Part shown: in pieces, positions 50,501 to 63,400 of the stretch
Numbering within the stretch: position 1 is the first letter of the stretch
Layout of the letters: each line of letters opens with the position of its first letter
Assembly: GCF_036321535.1 (NCBI RefSeq)
Contig: NC_087437.1
Span: 54,314,001 to 54,378,000 of the forward strand
Length of the DNA stretch: 64,000 nucleotides
From: Camelus dromedarius
Lineage: Eukaryota
Direction of reading: 5' to 3'
The notes under the pieces: generated by a model
What the model was told of the DNA's origin: nothing
The model's database searches: none
What the model saw: the letters and a program-made list of their open reading frames with translations, nothing else
Program-made: the position numbers and the translations under genes

Positions 50501-53500
50501 TAAATGCTAAAGCTCTCGTAAGCAGGATACAGAAAACTAGGCAAGGCCTAATTCAGTAATCTTGTATTTTCTATTCATTTGACAAATGCAAAAGGCATGC
50601 CTGTCTGCAGAATTTTGAGACATTGAGGTAGGCACTAACCATTATCAACCTTTAAGACCATTATTTTGGAAAAATCTGTATGACGTCTTAAACTATTTGG
50701 TGGTTGTTGTTGTTTATCATTTCTGTTGGGACTGTTTCTCAGCTCGAGTGTATGCTGTTTCACTTCTTGTGTTTTTAAGAAAAAAGTCTGTATGCACTTT
50801 AAAACCCTGAGCAAGCTTCATAGCATTATGCTAGACCTGCTAATCTTCTATTCAGCAAGACTTCAGTGCCCCAGTGAGCTTTGATCTGTCCCAGGACTCT
50901 CTTGGGTTAATTGCTGCTGTTCTCAAGTCATCCCCACATAGACAGGTAGGTGGGTGGGAGTGAGTAGAATTAGCCAATTGTACAGAAAAATCAAAGACGT
51001 TTGCTTGCAAGGGTACCTACTTCTGAGAATTACCATGAATTTTGCATGCCACTGACTAAGAAAGGAAGGAAGGAAGTGACATCTTTAAGATCCTGGGCTG
51101 GGGCGGCCTGCGGTGAAGACCAGCTGTTATTCAGCTTCTAGCTGTGTTCTGGCCTGCTGTAATGCCTTTTATGAATTTAAGAGAATCTGAACTTTAAAAC
51201 CTGTTTTTAAAGATGGTGTCTTGCCTTTTTTTTTTTTTTTCATGTAATCCTTAAAAGGCTCATGAGTTTGATTACTGAGAAAGAACCTTTTAAAAATTTA
51301 AAAAATGGAATAAAGGACAAGTGAAAAAGAAGGGGAGGCGATGGGTGCAGCTCTAAGAGAATTACAAGAGGATGAGAAAGACCAGGAGGGTCAGAAGGCA
51401 GTGGCATCTGAAAGGGGGCGCCCAGCCTTGGAGCAGTTGACAGAGAGCCCTGGTTGGGGACGGGGCTGGACAGGGAGCCTGGTGACACGTGCCGGCCAAT
51501 CCCACACACATCTGTTTGAGTTGGCACTGCTCACCGACCAGCTGCTGGCACCGAATCAGAAGGGGCAGGTGGGAGTGTTGGGGAAGGGGGAAGGAAGGGG
51601 AGAGGGGATTAGGCACAGTTGTTCTGAAAAGGGGGACTGGGAGGAGGCAGGGAGGAATGAGGCTGAGAGAGGCCCGGGGGCAGGCAGGGGCAGGAAGCCC
51701 GCAGTTGTGCTGGTGGGCACTGGAATGAGTCGCTCTCTGCAGCAGGTGATGGCGCTGAGTCAGCGGCACCGGGATGTGGCCTCCGTGGACGTTCAGGCCC
51801 TGGGTCAGGTTTGGGCAAAGAGTCAGGAGTGCTTTCTCACTCTCCCCTTTGACACGTCCGCTGCCCCACTGACAGTGAGCCTGTCCACACTCCCAAGCTA
51901 GCTGCCATACTGTTTCTCTCTTTTACTGATAAGATTAGCCTTTTGTTTCCTACTTCAGAAAAAAATTCTTTTTCTTTTTCTTTCTAAGCTCACAAAGACT
52001 TACTTTCTCTAAGTTGTTAAGATCCTCCCAACCATCTAGAAAGAAAGCTGGAAAGACTAAACCTGCCCACTTGGCAGAAGCCGTGGGAAGGGGAGGCAGT
52101 GCTCCTGAAGTCACCTGGCTCAGCCAGATAAACGCTGACTCTCCCACCTCAGCATCATTTATTTGCTCTGCCAAAGTTTGCTCGGTGTAAAATCTCAGCC
52201 ACCTGCCAGGAGGTCGAGTTGGTGAGTGGTGAATGCACAGAAGTACGTACTCACCGGGCGAGAGCCGCAGTATCACATCATGTCCGTGTGAAATCTTACA
52301 CAAGCACAAGTTCTTTGTTCACCATTTATTCAACCCTATGTGCTGGGAACCACGCTGGTTCTCTCGAATAGCTCACCGTGTGAGTCTTTCTGAGTCTCCA
52401 TCGTGTGTCCATTACCTGAGAGGAAGCCATTCAAGTCATGTCTGCAGGCTTGAAAGCCTCACATGGTTATCACCTTTGCTTCTGAAAAACCTCTCTTCCC
52501 GCTGCTGGCATCACCTGTGACAAGAGGCAACACCCCACGTTGCGGCTGAGCTGATCACCGGGTCTGCTCCGTGGGACAGCAAGGCCCACTTACCTCTAGG
52601 ACACTCTCAGTCCCAGAGGGTCAAAACAGTGCGATATGGAGTTATGAATATTCAGTCTAAAAGAGCTCAAAGAAAGACCATTTGATATGGTTTGCCCTAA
52701 GAATATAGCTTCAGGCTCTGAAGACTGTTTGAGGTTCAAATCTTCCCCCTGACGCTGATAATCAGGGTGCTTTTCCTCTCTCTGACTTAAAATGACGATA
52801 GTAACAGAACCTACCTCCTAGGGTGGTTGAGCAATTGAAAGCACCCTTGGAATGGCAGGGCCTTTGGCTACTAGTACCCAAGAGTGAAAAGGGAGGTTAG
52901 ACCCTCATAGATAGGACATCCACATCACAGCACCCACCTCCAAAACCCACCTACTGGTTTTTCTTTCAATAATATCCTAATTTCCCACCTTGGGCCACCA
53001 CAATTCAACACACACAAATCCTGAGAGTTAAGAGATACTACTAAACCCTCCCACTCAGCAAAGAAACTTCAGAGTGTAAACTACCTACAGATAAGAAATA
53101 CCGGTGAAGTTAAATCTGATTTCTCAGTGATGTATTCCCACCCAGGCTTCCCTTTCAAGCCAGCCTCACATGGAGTCCCTGGAGGCCTTGGAGGGTGGTC
53201 TTATGTTTTCCTTCTCTCCTTCGGGATCGCATCCTCCAGCTTTCATTTCTCTCCAATTTCCAGACACTTTGTTGCAACCCTCTCCAATAACTCGCTCATC
53301 GGGAAATACACGCCCACAGGGACCGCACAGCTTCTCCCTCAACCTCCGTGCCTTACACGGTGCACAGCTGTACCACAGCCTCAACTCTGTCTTTGGATCA
53401 TGTAGGGTCACAGGTAATTTATGAATTAAATACACAATTTCATTTTCAAATTAGCTTCCATAGACTGTATTAGAGTTCTGAAGTACTGTAGAGCCCACAG

Positions 53501-53879
53501 TGATATAAAACACAGGTAGTCATAGTCGCCCTACAGAGGGCCCTTCCTCAGAAGTCCCAGTGGCCACAAAAAGGACTTAGTGATTGATACACTGATCAGA
53601 TGACACTCAGAGTTCCCAGCTTAGTCATTTTCAGCCCCACTCCAGGACCAACGGCCTTTACTATGACCTAGCATCGAGTCCATCCCTCTCAGACCTTGCA
53701 CCCTAGATCCAATCACTCATCTTACCCCTGAAACGGAATCCCCGATTTCATAATTCACTGGTACCCTCGTTCCACCAAAACTGTCAGCCCTCCCAGGAAT
53801 CCGTCAGCCACCAGCAGCCACCTATCTTGTCTGACACATTTAGAAACAGACCTTGCTCCCAGCCTCCCCTGGTCTGACG

Positions 53880-54070
53880 CCATAGTGGAAACAGAATCCA
53901 GATCTGAAGTCTCACTCCATCACTTCCCATGTGACCAGCCATTTTATCTCTCTGGGCCTCAATTTCTTCATCTATAAAATAGGAGTAAAAATACCTTGGC
54001 AGAGATGCTGTGAGAATTAGTGACAACACAGAGTTTGATACACAGCATTGCTCAGTGAAGAGTAGCTGTT
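53880..54070 (+). mobile_element. MIR SINE
   Basis: tctctctgggcctcaatttcttcatctataaaataggag. Confidence 0.8.
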
Positions 54071-54254
54071 TTCCTTTGGATGACCATCTATTACAGCTGG
54101 CTTGGTGATGACCGCCTCCTGTCACCTGCCTGTCCTCATGTGCTACTGGCCCTGTCCACACCCACACCTACCTAACTGCCTCCTCTGGACTCCAGATTCC
54201 AACTCCTCCTGCTCCTCTAAGAGAGTTCTGTTGTGTCTCTTCTGACTGTTGGCT

Positions 54255-54442
54255 GGTGGTGTCCTGGGGTGGCTCCTACCAGCTCTCAAAGCTGATTCTT
54301 AACATCTCTTCCCAACACCATGGTCAGTGATTATCATGGTAGTAGCTTGAGGTCAGCCATGGGGGGACTATCTACACCGCTAAAATCAGCAAACCCTATA
54401 GTAGGGCTGCTTCTCCAGGAGATCCTCAGCTCAGACACACTG
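54255..54442 (-). mobile_element. MER63-like hAT-Blackjack MITE, opposite orientation to the copy at 19022
   Basis: catctcttcccaac ... gtagcttgaggtcagccatggggggactatctacacc ... aaatcagcaaac. Confidence 0.8.
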
Positions 54443-57134
54443 GTGGGACCTCCATTTTTACCTACCTTCCCTGGGCCTGACCATCTGACTTGAGCACTCG
54501 AATGTAGTCCTTTTTACAGGAAGACCTCAGAAATTTTCCTGTATAAACACACTGGCCTTGAGTTTCAGTGAGAATGCAGCTAAATCCATGCCAAAGTCTA
54601 CAGAACAGCTCTCAGCCTAGGAATGGAAACATGATACCAGGAAACAAAAAAGTCTAACGAATATACATTAACCTCAGGATTAACCCCACCACTAATGAGA
54701 TCAGCTCAGCATAGCCAAAGCGTATTCTTCCTGCCGGGCTCCCTCCAGGTAATGCAGACCCCAGGGGCCGAGGCCTTCACCTGAGTTCGGTGACGGAAAT
54801 CTTCCAGGCCCTACATAACCACACTCTTCACAGCACTCTATGAACGTGTCTGGCTTGGAAACACTGTTGTCTCTTAGCAAAGAAGATATGGAAGGAGAGG
54901 AATTTTTCACAGGTGTCGAAAGGAAGCCCTACCTCTTCTTTTCTGTGAAGGCTCCAAACCACACCAGTTCGCTAAGGTGTAAGCATTCTGAGAGCTCCAA
55001 TCCCGTTCCAGTTTGTATGTATGAGAGGCCTGAGCAAGGACCCTGCCCCTGGGTGGAGTTCAAGTCAGATTGGCTGTGCCTAGGACCACATTTGAAGTTT
55101 GTAATGATTACTTAGTGCTGGGTTCACTTGCCACTATATCCCCTGGAAGAAAGGCTCATTAAGCAAATGAAACAGGTGTGTGAACATGTGTGGGGTGGCG
55201 GGGGGGCTATTTTTCTTTATGAGGAAATGTGTTCTCCTGGATTTTAAGGGCGAACCATCATCTGCTATAGTGGAATCCCATCTATCTTTGGAGCCTATCC
55301 TGGGTCTCCTTTAAGCAATTATTTTGTTCCTGCTTGTACTTGAAAGAATTCCCATAGCCCAGATGGGAGTACACCCCATCCTTCTGTCCATTAAACCTTA
55401 AATCCTCTTTCCTCCCTACAGGATCCATAAATTCTATCCATTCTCCTATCTTCACGATGCCAGACCACCTACAGAGTGCAAAGCATTGCTCCCTTCCCCA
55501 CTTCCTCTCAAGCACTCTCCCCTCGACTTGCTGTCTCTAAAACAGCAACATAGGCCACGGATTCACTCTGACACTTTTAATGATAAGATTCCCGGGGACA
55601 TCAACAGAGACAAATGTAGGGAAGGGACAGACATTCTCCTACATTCTCCCCATCTGGTCTCAGGCCCACACTGAAGTGTGAACTGTGAGCCCACGATTCT
55701 AACGACTCTTCTTTGTCTCCATAGCCACCTCTCCTGCCTCAGCGCCACACCCCTGTCATCAGATTACTACTCCTGCACGTCTAGTAATGGCAGATGCCGT
55801 GACCTGCATGAGGGACTTCGCAGCGTACACGTCACTTTCTGTCCATTACTCAGGTGACCCTCAGGACCTCCCTGGGGCCTGGGTGATGGTGCGACTGCCG
55901 CCATCTTGATGGGCCAATAAGACAGTGCAGATGGAGTGCCTGGTGGATGCCTGGTCCAAGCCCCGCACACCTCTCTGCCCTGCACCCACCTGCCCTGCCA
56001 AGGAAGGGCAGGGCTAATGCACTGAGTAGACACAGCCTTTAGAAAGAATCTGATCCTAAAGACATTTTTTTCAAGGAAAGGATCTCAAATTGTGTTTTAG
56101 CTCCACTTTATGAGGAAAACCCACACACACTTTCTATTTTCTGCCCCACTGGCAACAGCTTCTTGGCTGAAGACCAGATCCTGCCTCCTATCTTGACATC
56201 GTGAAGTCAGGGTGCCTCAGACTAGACACACCCAGATGACCTCTCGCCGTCCTTCCAAAATCTAGGTTTGGGCCCCAGCTGGATCAAGATGAAAAATTGC
56301 CGTTAATCCCCTCCTGGCTTTTTAGTTCTTGCCCTATCTTTCCGCACTTTCTCTTCAGGCCTTCCTCCCAAATTCCCGAATGTGCAAAGTACTCAAACCA
56401 CAAAACTTAAGATTCCCTGAATCCTCTTCCTACTTCCTAATCCAAATTAACTTAGGCTCACTTAGTTTCTCCAGATACAGACTACCTACTCTCTAACCCA
56501 GAGAGTAATAACACAGAATCTATTTAAAAATATTTATCAATTGAACCTTTTCACTAACCCTTAGCATTCTGTATCATTAGATGACTTCTCTCTCTGTATA
56601 AGTCAGACATCTCCAATGCTTTCAGCGTGTTGACATCAGCTGATAGTATGGAGAGGACCAGGGGGCTGCCAGGGCAAAGCTTAAGAGGTCATCTTATGAA
56701 TCAGTTGGATGGAAGATTAATGTATTCATTCAACACAACACTAATCACTTAACCTAAACTCCCATGGTGCTTGAGATCCAATAGCCTATACTTGTTATGA
56801 GTATATTATCCACGTCTTCCAATGAGACCATGAGGTCCTTCTGAAGAAGCCAGTCTCAGCTTCCCACTCTGTCTTATGACACTGGACGACTCACCTCACT
56901 TCTCTGGGCCTCGGTTTCCCCTTTGTGGCAGGTGGGAAAGAGAGCACTCGAAATCCACTGATTCAGCTTCATCTCATTCAATTCAGCAAATATGGGTTAA
57001 GCCCAGAGCAGAAGAGCTACTAGAAGAGATCAAAGAAGGAGGGATCAAGTGCTCTTTAAAAGAAATCAGATAATTTTGAAGCTGGGTACCCAGAATTTCA
57101 TCAACTCTGTCCGCTTACGTGCATATTTGAAAAT

Positions 57135-57463
57135 AACTCCAAATGAACTTATTTACAAAACAGAAACAGACACAGACAGAAAACAAACTTGTGGTTACCA
57201 GGGGGGAAAGGGAGTAGGGAGGGATAAATTGGGAGTTAGGGATTTGTAGATACTAATTACTATATATAAAGTAAATGATAAGGTCCTCAGTAGAGCGCAG
57301 GGAACTATATTCAATACTTTGTAATGACCTATAATGAAAAAGAATGTGAAAGCAAATATATATATATATGTGTATGTGTGTATATAAAACTAGATCACTA
57401 TGTCATACACCAGAAACTAACACAACATTGTAAACTGAGTATACTTCAATTTAAAAAAAAAAA
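57135..57463 (+). mobile_element. Lineage-specific L1 3'UTR fragment nested in an old L1M tail within L2
   Basis: aatgaacttatttacaaaacagaaacagac ... gggataaattgggag ... acacaacattgtaaactgagtatacttcaatttaaaa. Confidence 0.93.
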
Positions 57464-57489
57464 CTTTTTTAATAGACTTTTTAAAAAAA

Positions 57490-57790
57490 GAATAAAAGCA
57501 AAGAGAAGGAAACCTAGCAGGCTTCACGTAGCAGGGAGCAGCTGAGCAGAATTGAAGCATGGGTAGGATTTCAATGAGCCAACACTGGGTCAGGGGCCAT
57601 TCCAGGCAGGACACATCATGAGCCAAAGCACAGAGACTGGAAAATACAAAGTGTTCACAGAGGACTAGGGGTAGTCATGTGTGGCCGCAGCCCGGGGTGC
57701 GAAAAGGGAGTGGAGGGAGACGAGCTAGAAAGGTATGGTGGGGTCAGAGCCAGAGCGTCTAGAGAGACAGGGTGCTAAATTCAGTCCTGA
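57490..57790 (-). mobile_element. L2 fragment
   Basis: cattccaggcaggacacatcatgagccaaagcacagag; agacgagctagaaaggta. Confidence 0.65.
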
Positions 57791-58669
57791 GGGAAAGTGA
57801 CTTCATTGGTTAAGCGTGAGTTGGCTCTACCCTTGTCAGCGAGTCTGGTGCAGGCCTGGGAGAAGGGCATGTGGCAGAAACTGGCAGAGGAGGATGCTGG
57901 CAGCACCACCAGGCTTGTTTCTTCACCAGGAAACAAGGTTTCCTGTAACTCAGACCTATGAATCAGCATTTCCTCTGTCAATAATACACAGCAAGAAATG
58001 CAACAGTACAGGGCTCGGGGCAATGGAAGAAAGGAAGGAATATTCCATGACACAGCTGGGCTCTGCCCTCCTTTCCCCTCATGAGACACTCCTGATAAGC
58101 TCCCAAATAACACTCAGGTTTCATTAGATAGTTCCTCAGACAGCCTCACGCTATCGCATGAAGATTAAGTCCTACAGCCTGCTCGGCTCTCTTGTCATAT
58201 TACGTGTTTCTATCACCATGAGGATAAGGAAGATCACGTTTGGAATTTTTTCATTACATGAGAACTAAACATTCATATCACCGTGTTTTATCCCTGCAGA
58301 GGTTTGAGTGTATGTGTGATTTGCCTTTCAGTTTTTACACATCCTTGTCCAATGTTTTATTTGATTCTCACGATAATCCTGCAAGGTACAAAGAGAATAT
58401 TATACCTATTTCACAAGGGAGATGCCGAGGCAGGGAGATGAAATGCTGCTTCTCCTTCAGATCTATTTTAAAGACGCCACGCTGAAAACAACTCTTTGAA
58501 CTCCAGTTCAAGGTTCTTTTCAAGGTCACCAACTTTAAATAAATAAATAAACTATATTTATTTAAAACATTTTAAAGCATTACATTAATTACTGATGTAT
58601 TTAATTTAAATTATGTATTAAATATACACATCTTCCTAGCACTAGGAAGAGTTTCATTTACCGACTCAT

Positions 58670-59200
58670 ACCAGTCATTCATTGATCAAATTTTTATTGA
58701 CTGCCCACTCTACGCCCTGCTCTGTCCTTGGCCCACTCAGTAGTGACCAAAACAGACAAAAGCTCTGCCTTTCTAAAGCTTTCACTCTAATTGAGGAACT
58801 CAGACAGTGACTGAGACAAAAGTAAAATACGGAGTATGTTAGAGAGTTAAACCTGCTTTGAAAAATAAAGAAAGTAGAGTGTGAGAAGTGTTGGGGGGTT
58901 GTGAAACAATTTTACAGATTGTCCAATGATCATCTCCTTGAAATGTGATGCTTAAACCGAGACCTGAGGAGGTGAACCAGTAAACCCCGGGGATATATGG
59001 AGCTGGGGCAGATGGGGCAGTGGAAAGAACAGCAGGGGCCGGCACCTTGAGGCAGTACCTCCCTGGCAGGCATGAGGAGTGGCAAGGGGTCAGGGGCAGC
59101 TGGACTGGAATGTCAAGGGGGAGGGGGAAGAAGTGGGGAGTGGAGACTCGGAATACATCGTGGGGGCCATTAGAAAGACTTGGCATTGACTTGGAGAATC
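58670..59200 (-). mobile_element. L2 3' fragment
   Basis: tcattcattgatcaaatttttattgactgcccact ... aaaacagacaaaagctctgcc. Confidence 0.8.
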
Positions 59201-59408
59201 TGCGGTCATTTACTCAAAACCGAAACCAAACCAACCACCCAAAATGACAAAACTAACATAAAACTTAATGAAGGAGTAAAATGCAGAATAAAACAATAAG
59301 AAGAATAACAAAAGACTATCAAGGGGATTAAAGTTAGGTAAGGACCAGAGAGGGAAAGAAAAAGCGAGAGGCCTAAGGAAAGAAAGAGAAAGGGAAGAAG
59401 TGACCATA

Positions 59409-59522
59409 TTCTCTTCTCTTCTCTTTTCTCTTCTCTTCTCTTCTCTTCTCTTCTCTTCTCTTCTCTTCTCTTCTCTTCTCTTCTCTTCTCTTCTCTTCTC
59501 TTCTCTTCTCTTCTCTTTCCTC

Positions 59523-59576
<54 letters not shown>
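59409..59576 (+). repeat. (TCTTC)n + (TC)n compound pyrimidine microsatellite
   Basis: Directly visible. Confidence 0.98.
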
Positions 59577-59579
<3 letters not shown>

Positions 59580-60440
59580 TGGAACCTTGATCCAGAATCC
59601 AAACCAGCTGCCATGGCCTCTTATGAGGGCATTGTGCAGCAGCAAAGTCAGGTAGAGGAGCAACTTCTGACCCCTGGGCCCAGGCCCCAGACCCCAGTTA
59701 GTCCCTGTGGAGCTGGGCCGCTGGGATTCATCAGCCTCCTTGTGCTCAGGCTGCAGGCTGGGAGCAGTACAACCCTCTAATCCTCCACACCCCCAACCCT
59801 CCACCCTAGCCCTGCCCCAGGGCAGCAGGGATAGAACCCCCAAGCTCTGCTCTACAGAAGCCCCCTCCCTAACTCAGGAGTCCACAGTACCCTTGCTTTT
59901 GACCCTGACTCGTCCTTGAGGGTGGAGTATGTGTGTGGGCACGGACACGGGTGTGAAGGAGAGGGGAGAGAAGCGCCTCCCAATCACTCTAGAAGCCAAC
60001 GTTCCCTCCCCTCACTTTTTGTTCTTTCTTGTTATTAATCCTATGGGCTTAACAGGCAAGCTCATATTTAATTCACGCCTGAACTGCCTCCACTGGGACC
60101 TACTCAGTGGCTTACAGAGTTGTAGATAATTTCTCTGTGTGGCATCCCCAAACTTGGACACAGGGACCAATGTGAGGCCAGTTGGGCCCCTCAAAGCTTT
60201 TGATGCATGTCTCTTTGATTTGCCTCCAGAAGCTACTGAAATAGATTAGAACAGGATAATACTCCACGTCCACAGTGGACACTAGGTGGAGAAGTCTCTC
60301 ACCGTTCCTTATCAAGTAAGTGAGCAAATGAGAGAGGCTGTCACTCCAGAGACATATGAACAACCCCAGTCTATACTCTCCCCACCGAAACAACCCCCTC
60401 ACCACCACTAGCATCTTAGTTTGGGTCTCCTCTGAACCAA

Positions 60441-63400
60441 TTTTTTTTTCATTAAACTTTTTATGTTTAGGTACTTACAGATTCCCATGTAGTTGTAAGA
60501 AATAATACGGAGAGAGCCTGTGTGCCCTTTGCCCTCGATGATCACATCTTGCAAAACTATAGTACAATATCATAATCAATATACTGATGTCAATAAGTCA
60601 AGATGGAGAATATTTTCATCACCACAAGGATCTCTCATGTTGTCCATTTATAGACAAACCCAATTCCTTCTCATTCCCACCCCCACCTTGATCCCTGCTA
60701 ACCTCCATCCTGTTCTCCATTTCGAAAATCTTGTCAATTAGGAGTGGAGAGACACCATATGTAAACTTTTGGAATTCGCTCCTTCCTATCAGGGAATTCA
60801 ACCACGTTGTGTGTGCATCGAGTTAGTTCCTTTTCACTACTGAGTAGTATTCCATGTATGAATGTACCATAGTTTATTCTCTCAACGAAAGATATTTGAG
60901 ATGTTTCCAATTTACAGCAGTTATGAATGTTTGCTGTAAACACTCAGATACAGGATTTTGTGTGAGCATAAATTTTCATCTCTCTGAGGTACATGTTCAG
61001 GAGTGTGATTGTTGAGATGTATGATGTTCCATGCTTACTTGTTTTTTTAAGACACAGCCAAACTTTTCTCCAGGGAGGTAATATTTTACATTCCCACCAG
61101 CAATGTATGACGGAGAAAAGTTTCTCTGCATACTTGCTCACAGTGTGTGTTGTTGCTATTTTTTGTTATTTTAGGTGCTCAGATAGGTATACAGTGATAT
61201 CTCATATGTTTTTAATTTGCATTTCCCTTATCTTCAATGACGTTGAATTATCTGTGTGTTCATTTGCCACCTGTACATATTCTTTGAGGAAATGTCTCTT
61301 CATGTCTTTTGTTGATTTCAAATTAGGTTGTTTTTTAACTGTTGAGTTTTGAAAAGTCTATATACATTCTAGGTATTAGTTCTTCAACAGATATCTGATT
61401 TGCAAATATTTTCTTCCCAGTAGGTAGCTTGTCTTTTAACCCTATTAACAGGGCTTTTTGCAGAGAAAAAAATTTCAATTACGATGAAGTCTTATTTATC
61501 AATTTTTCTTTTATGGCTTATGCTTTTGATATTAAGTCAAAGAATTCTCTGCCTACTTCCTGAAGATTTACTCCTATGTTTTTTTTTCTTCCTCAAAGTT
61601 TTATAGCCTCATATTTTGCGTTTAAGCCCATGATCTATTTGAGCTAATTTTCATATAAGGTATGAGACTTAGGTTGAGATTTGTTCCTTTGTTAGTTTCC
61701 GTGTTTGTTTTTGCCTCCGAATGTCCAATTACTCCAGCACCATTTGTGGAAAAGCCTATCTTTCCATCATTGAACTGCTTTTGCCCCTTTGTCAAAGATC
61801 AGTTGACTATATTTGTGTGAGTCTATTTCTGGGCTCTCTGTTCTGTTCTGTTGATCTGTGTGTCTGTCTCTCTGTAAATACCAGTCTTGCTTACTGTAGC
61901 TGTACTGTATGTCTTGAAATCAAGTGAACACATTTCTTCCACTTCATTCTTTTATAAAATTGTTTTAGCTATTTGAGTTCCTTTGCCTTTCCATATAAAT
62001 TTCAGAATAATTTCATCAATACCTACCAAAAGTCATGCTGTGATTTTTGAGAGGAACTCTGATAAATCTATATATCAGTTTGAGGTAAATTAATATCTCT
62101 ACTAGTGTGGTAGACAGAATAATGGCCCCTCAGAGATTCTGCTTCCTAACCCTTGGAAACTATGAATATGTTCCTTTTTATGAGAAAAGAGATTTTGCTG
62201 ATGTGATAAGTTAAGGACCTGGAGATGGGAAGATTATTGCGGAGTCTCTAGGCAGGGTCAGTATAATCACAAGGTCTTGGTACAAGGGAGGTAGAAGGGT
62301 TAGAGTCAGAGGAAGAGAAATATAACAATGCAAGCAGAGGCGAGAAAGAGATTAGAAGGTACTATGCTTTGAAGATAGAGGGAGAAGTCATACACCAAGG
62401 AATGCAGTTTCTAGAAGCTGGAAAGGCAAGAAAGTAGATTCTCCCCTCAGGGCCTCCAGAAGGAATCAGCTCTAACCACTTTGATTTTAGCCCCATAAGA
62501 CCCAATATCAGACTTCAGAAATCCATAGCTGTTTAAGAAAATAAATTTACATCATTTTAAGCCACTAAGTTTGTCCTTAAGTTGTTACAGCAGAAATAGG
62601 AAGCTAATAAAACTATGTTGGGTCTTCCAATTAATGACTGTCTCTCTATTTGTTTAAATTTCCTTTCATTTCTTTCTTCAACAGTTTATAGTTTTGGTGT
62701 ACAAGTCCTGACATATTTTGTTACATTTACATCGAAGTATTTCATTTTCTGAACAACGGTAAAGTGGTATTGTATCTTTAATTTCAAAGTCCATTGCTAG
62801 TATACAGAAATACAATTGATTTTTGTGTTTATTTTGTATCCTGCAGCTTTGCTGAGCTCACTTATTAGTTCTAAGAGTTTTGTTTGTTTGTTTGTTTGTT
62901 TCTTTTAGGTTCCTCCTAATTTTCTATGTAGATAATTATATCATCTACAAATAGGGGCAATTTTATTTTTTTCTTGCTGATCTTTATTCCTTTTATTTCC
63001 TTTCTTTCACTTATTGCATTGGATAGAACTTCCAGCATTATGAATGAGAGGTGAGAGTGAACACCCTTGCCTCATTCCTGTTCTAAGGGGGAAAGTAGTC
63101 AGTCTTTTACCATTAATAATAGTAGCTGTTGGGTTTTTATAGATATTCCTTATCAAGTTGAGGACATTTTCCTCTAATCCTAGATTTCTGAGAGTTTTTA
63201 ATCATGAATGAGTGTTAAATATGATCAAATGTTTTTTCTTCATTGATTGTTATGGTCATTTGATTTGCCTTCTTTAGATAATGAATATGGTGGGTTAACA
63301 TTAATTGCTTATTTAATATTGAACCAGCCTTGCATCTCTGAACCCTACTTGGTCATGGTTCATAATTCTTTCCATAACTGAGAAATTCTAGTTTATATTT

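Noticed and set aside
52249..52260. Perfect minus-strand donor CCG|GTGAGT
   Set aside because: No convincing upstream acceptor or coding frame; isolated donors are common by chance
59210..59843. ORFs rich in EKRR or SSLLF repeats
   Set aside because: Translations of the microsatellite
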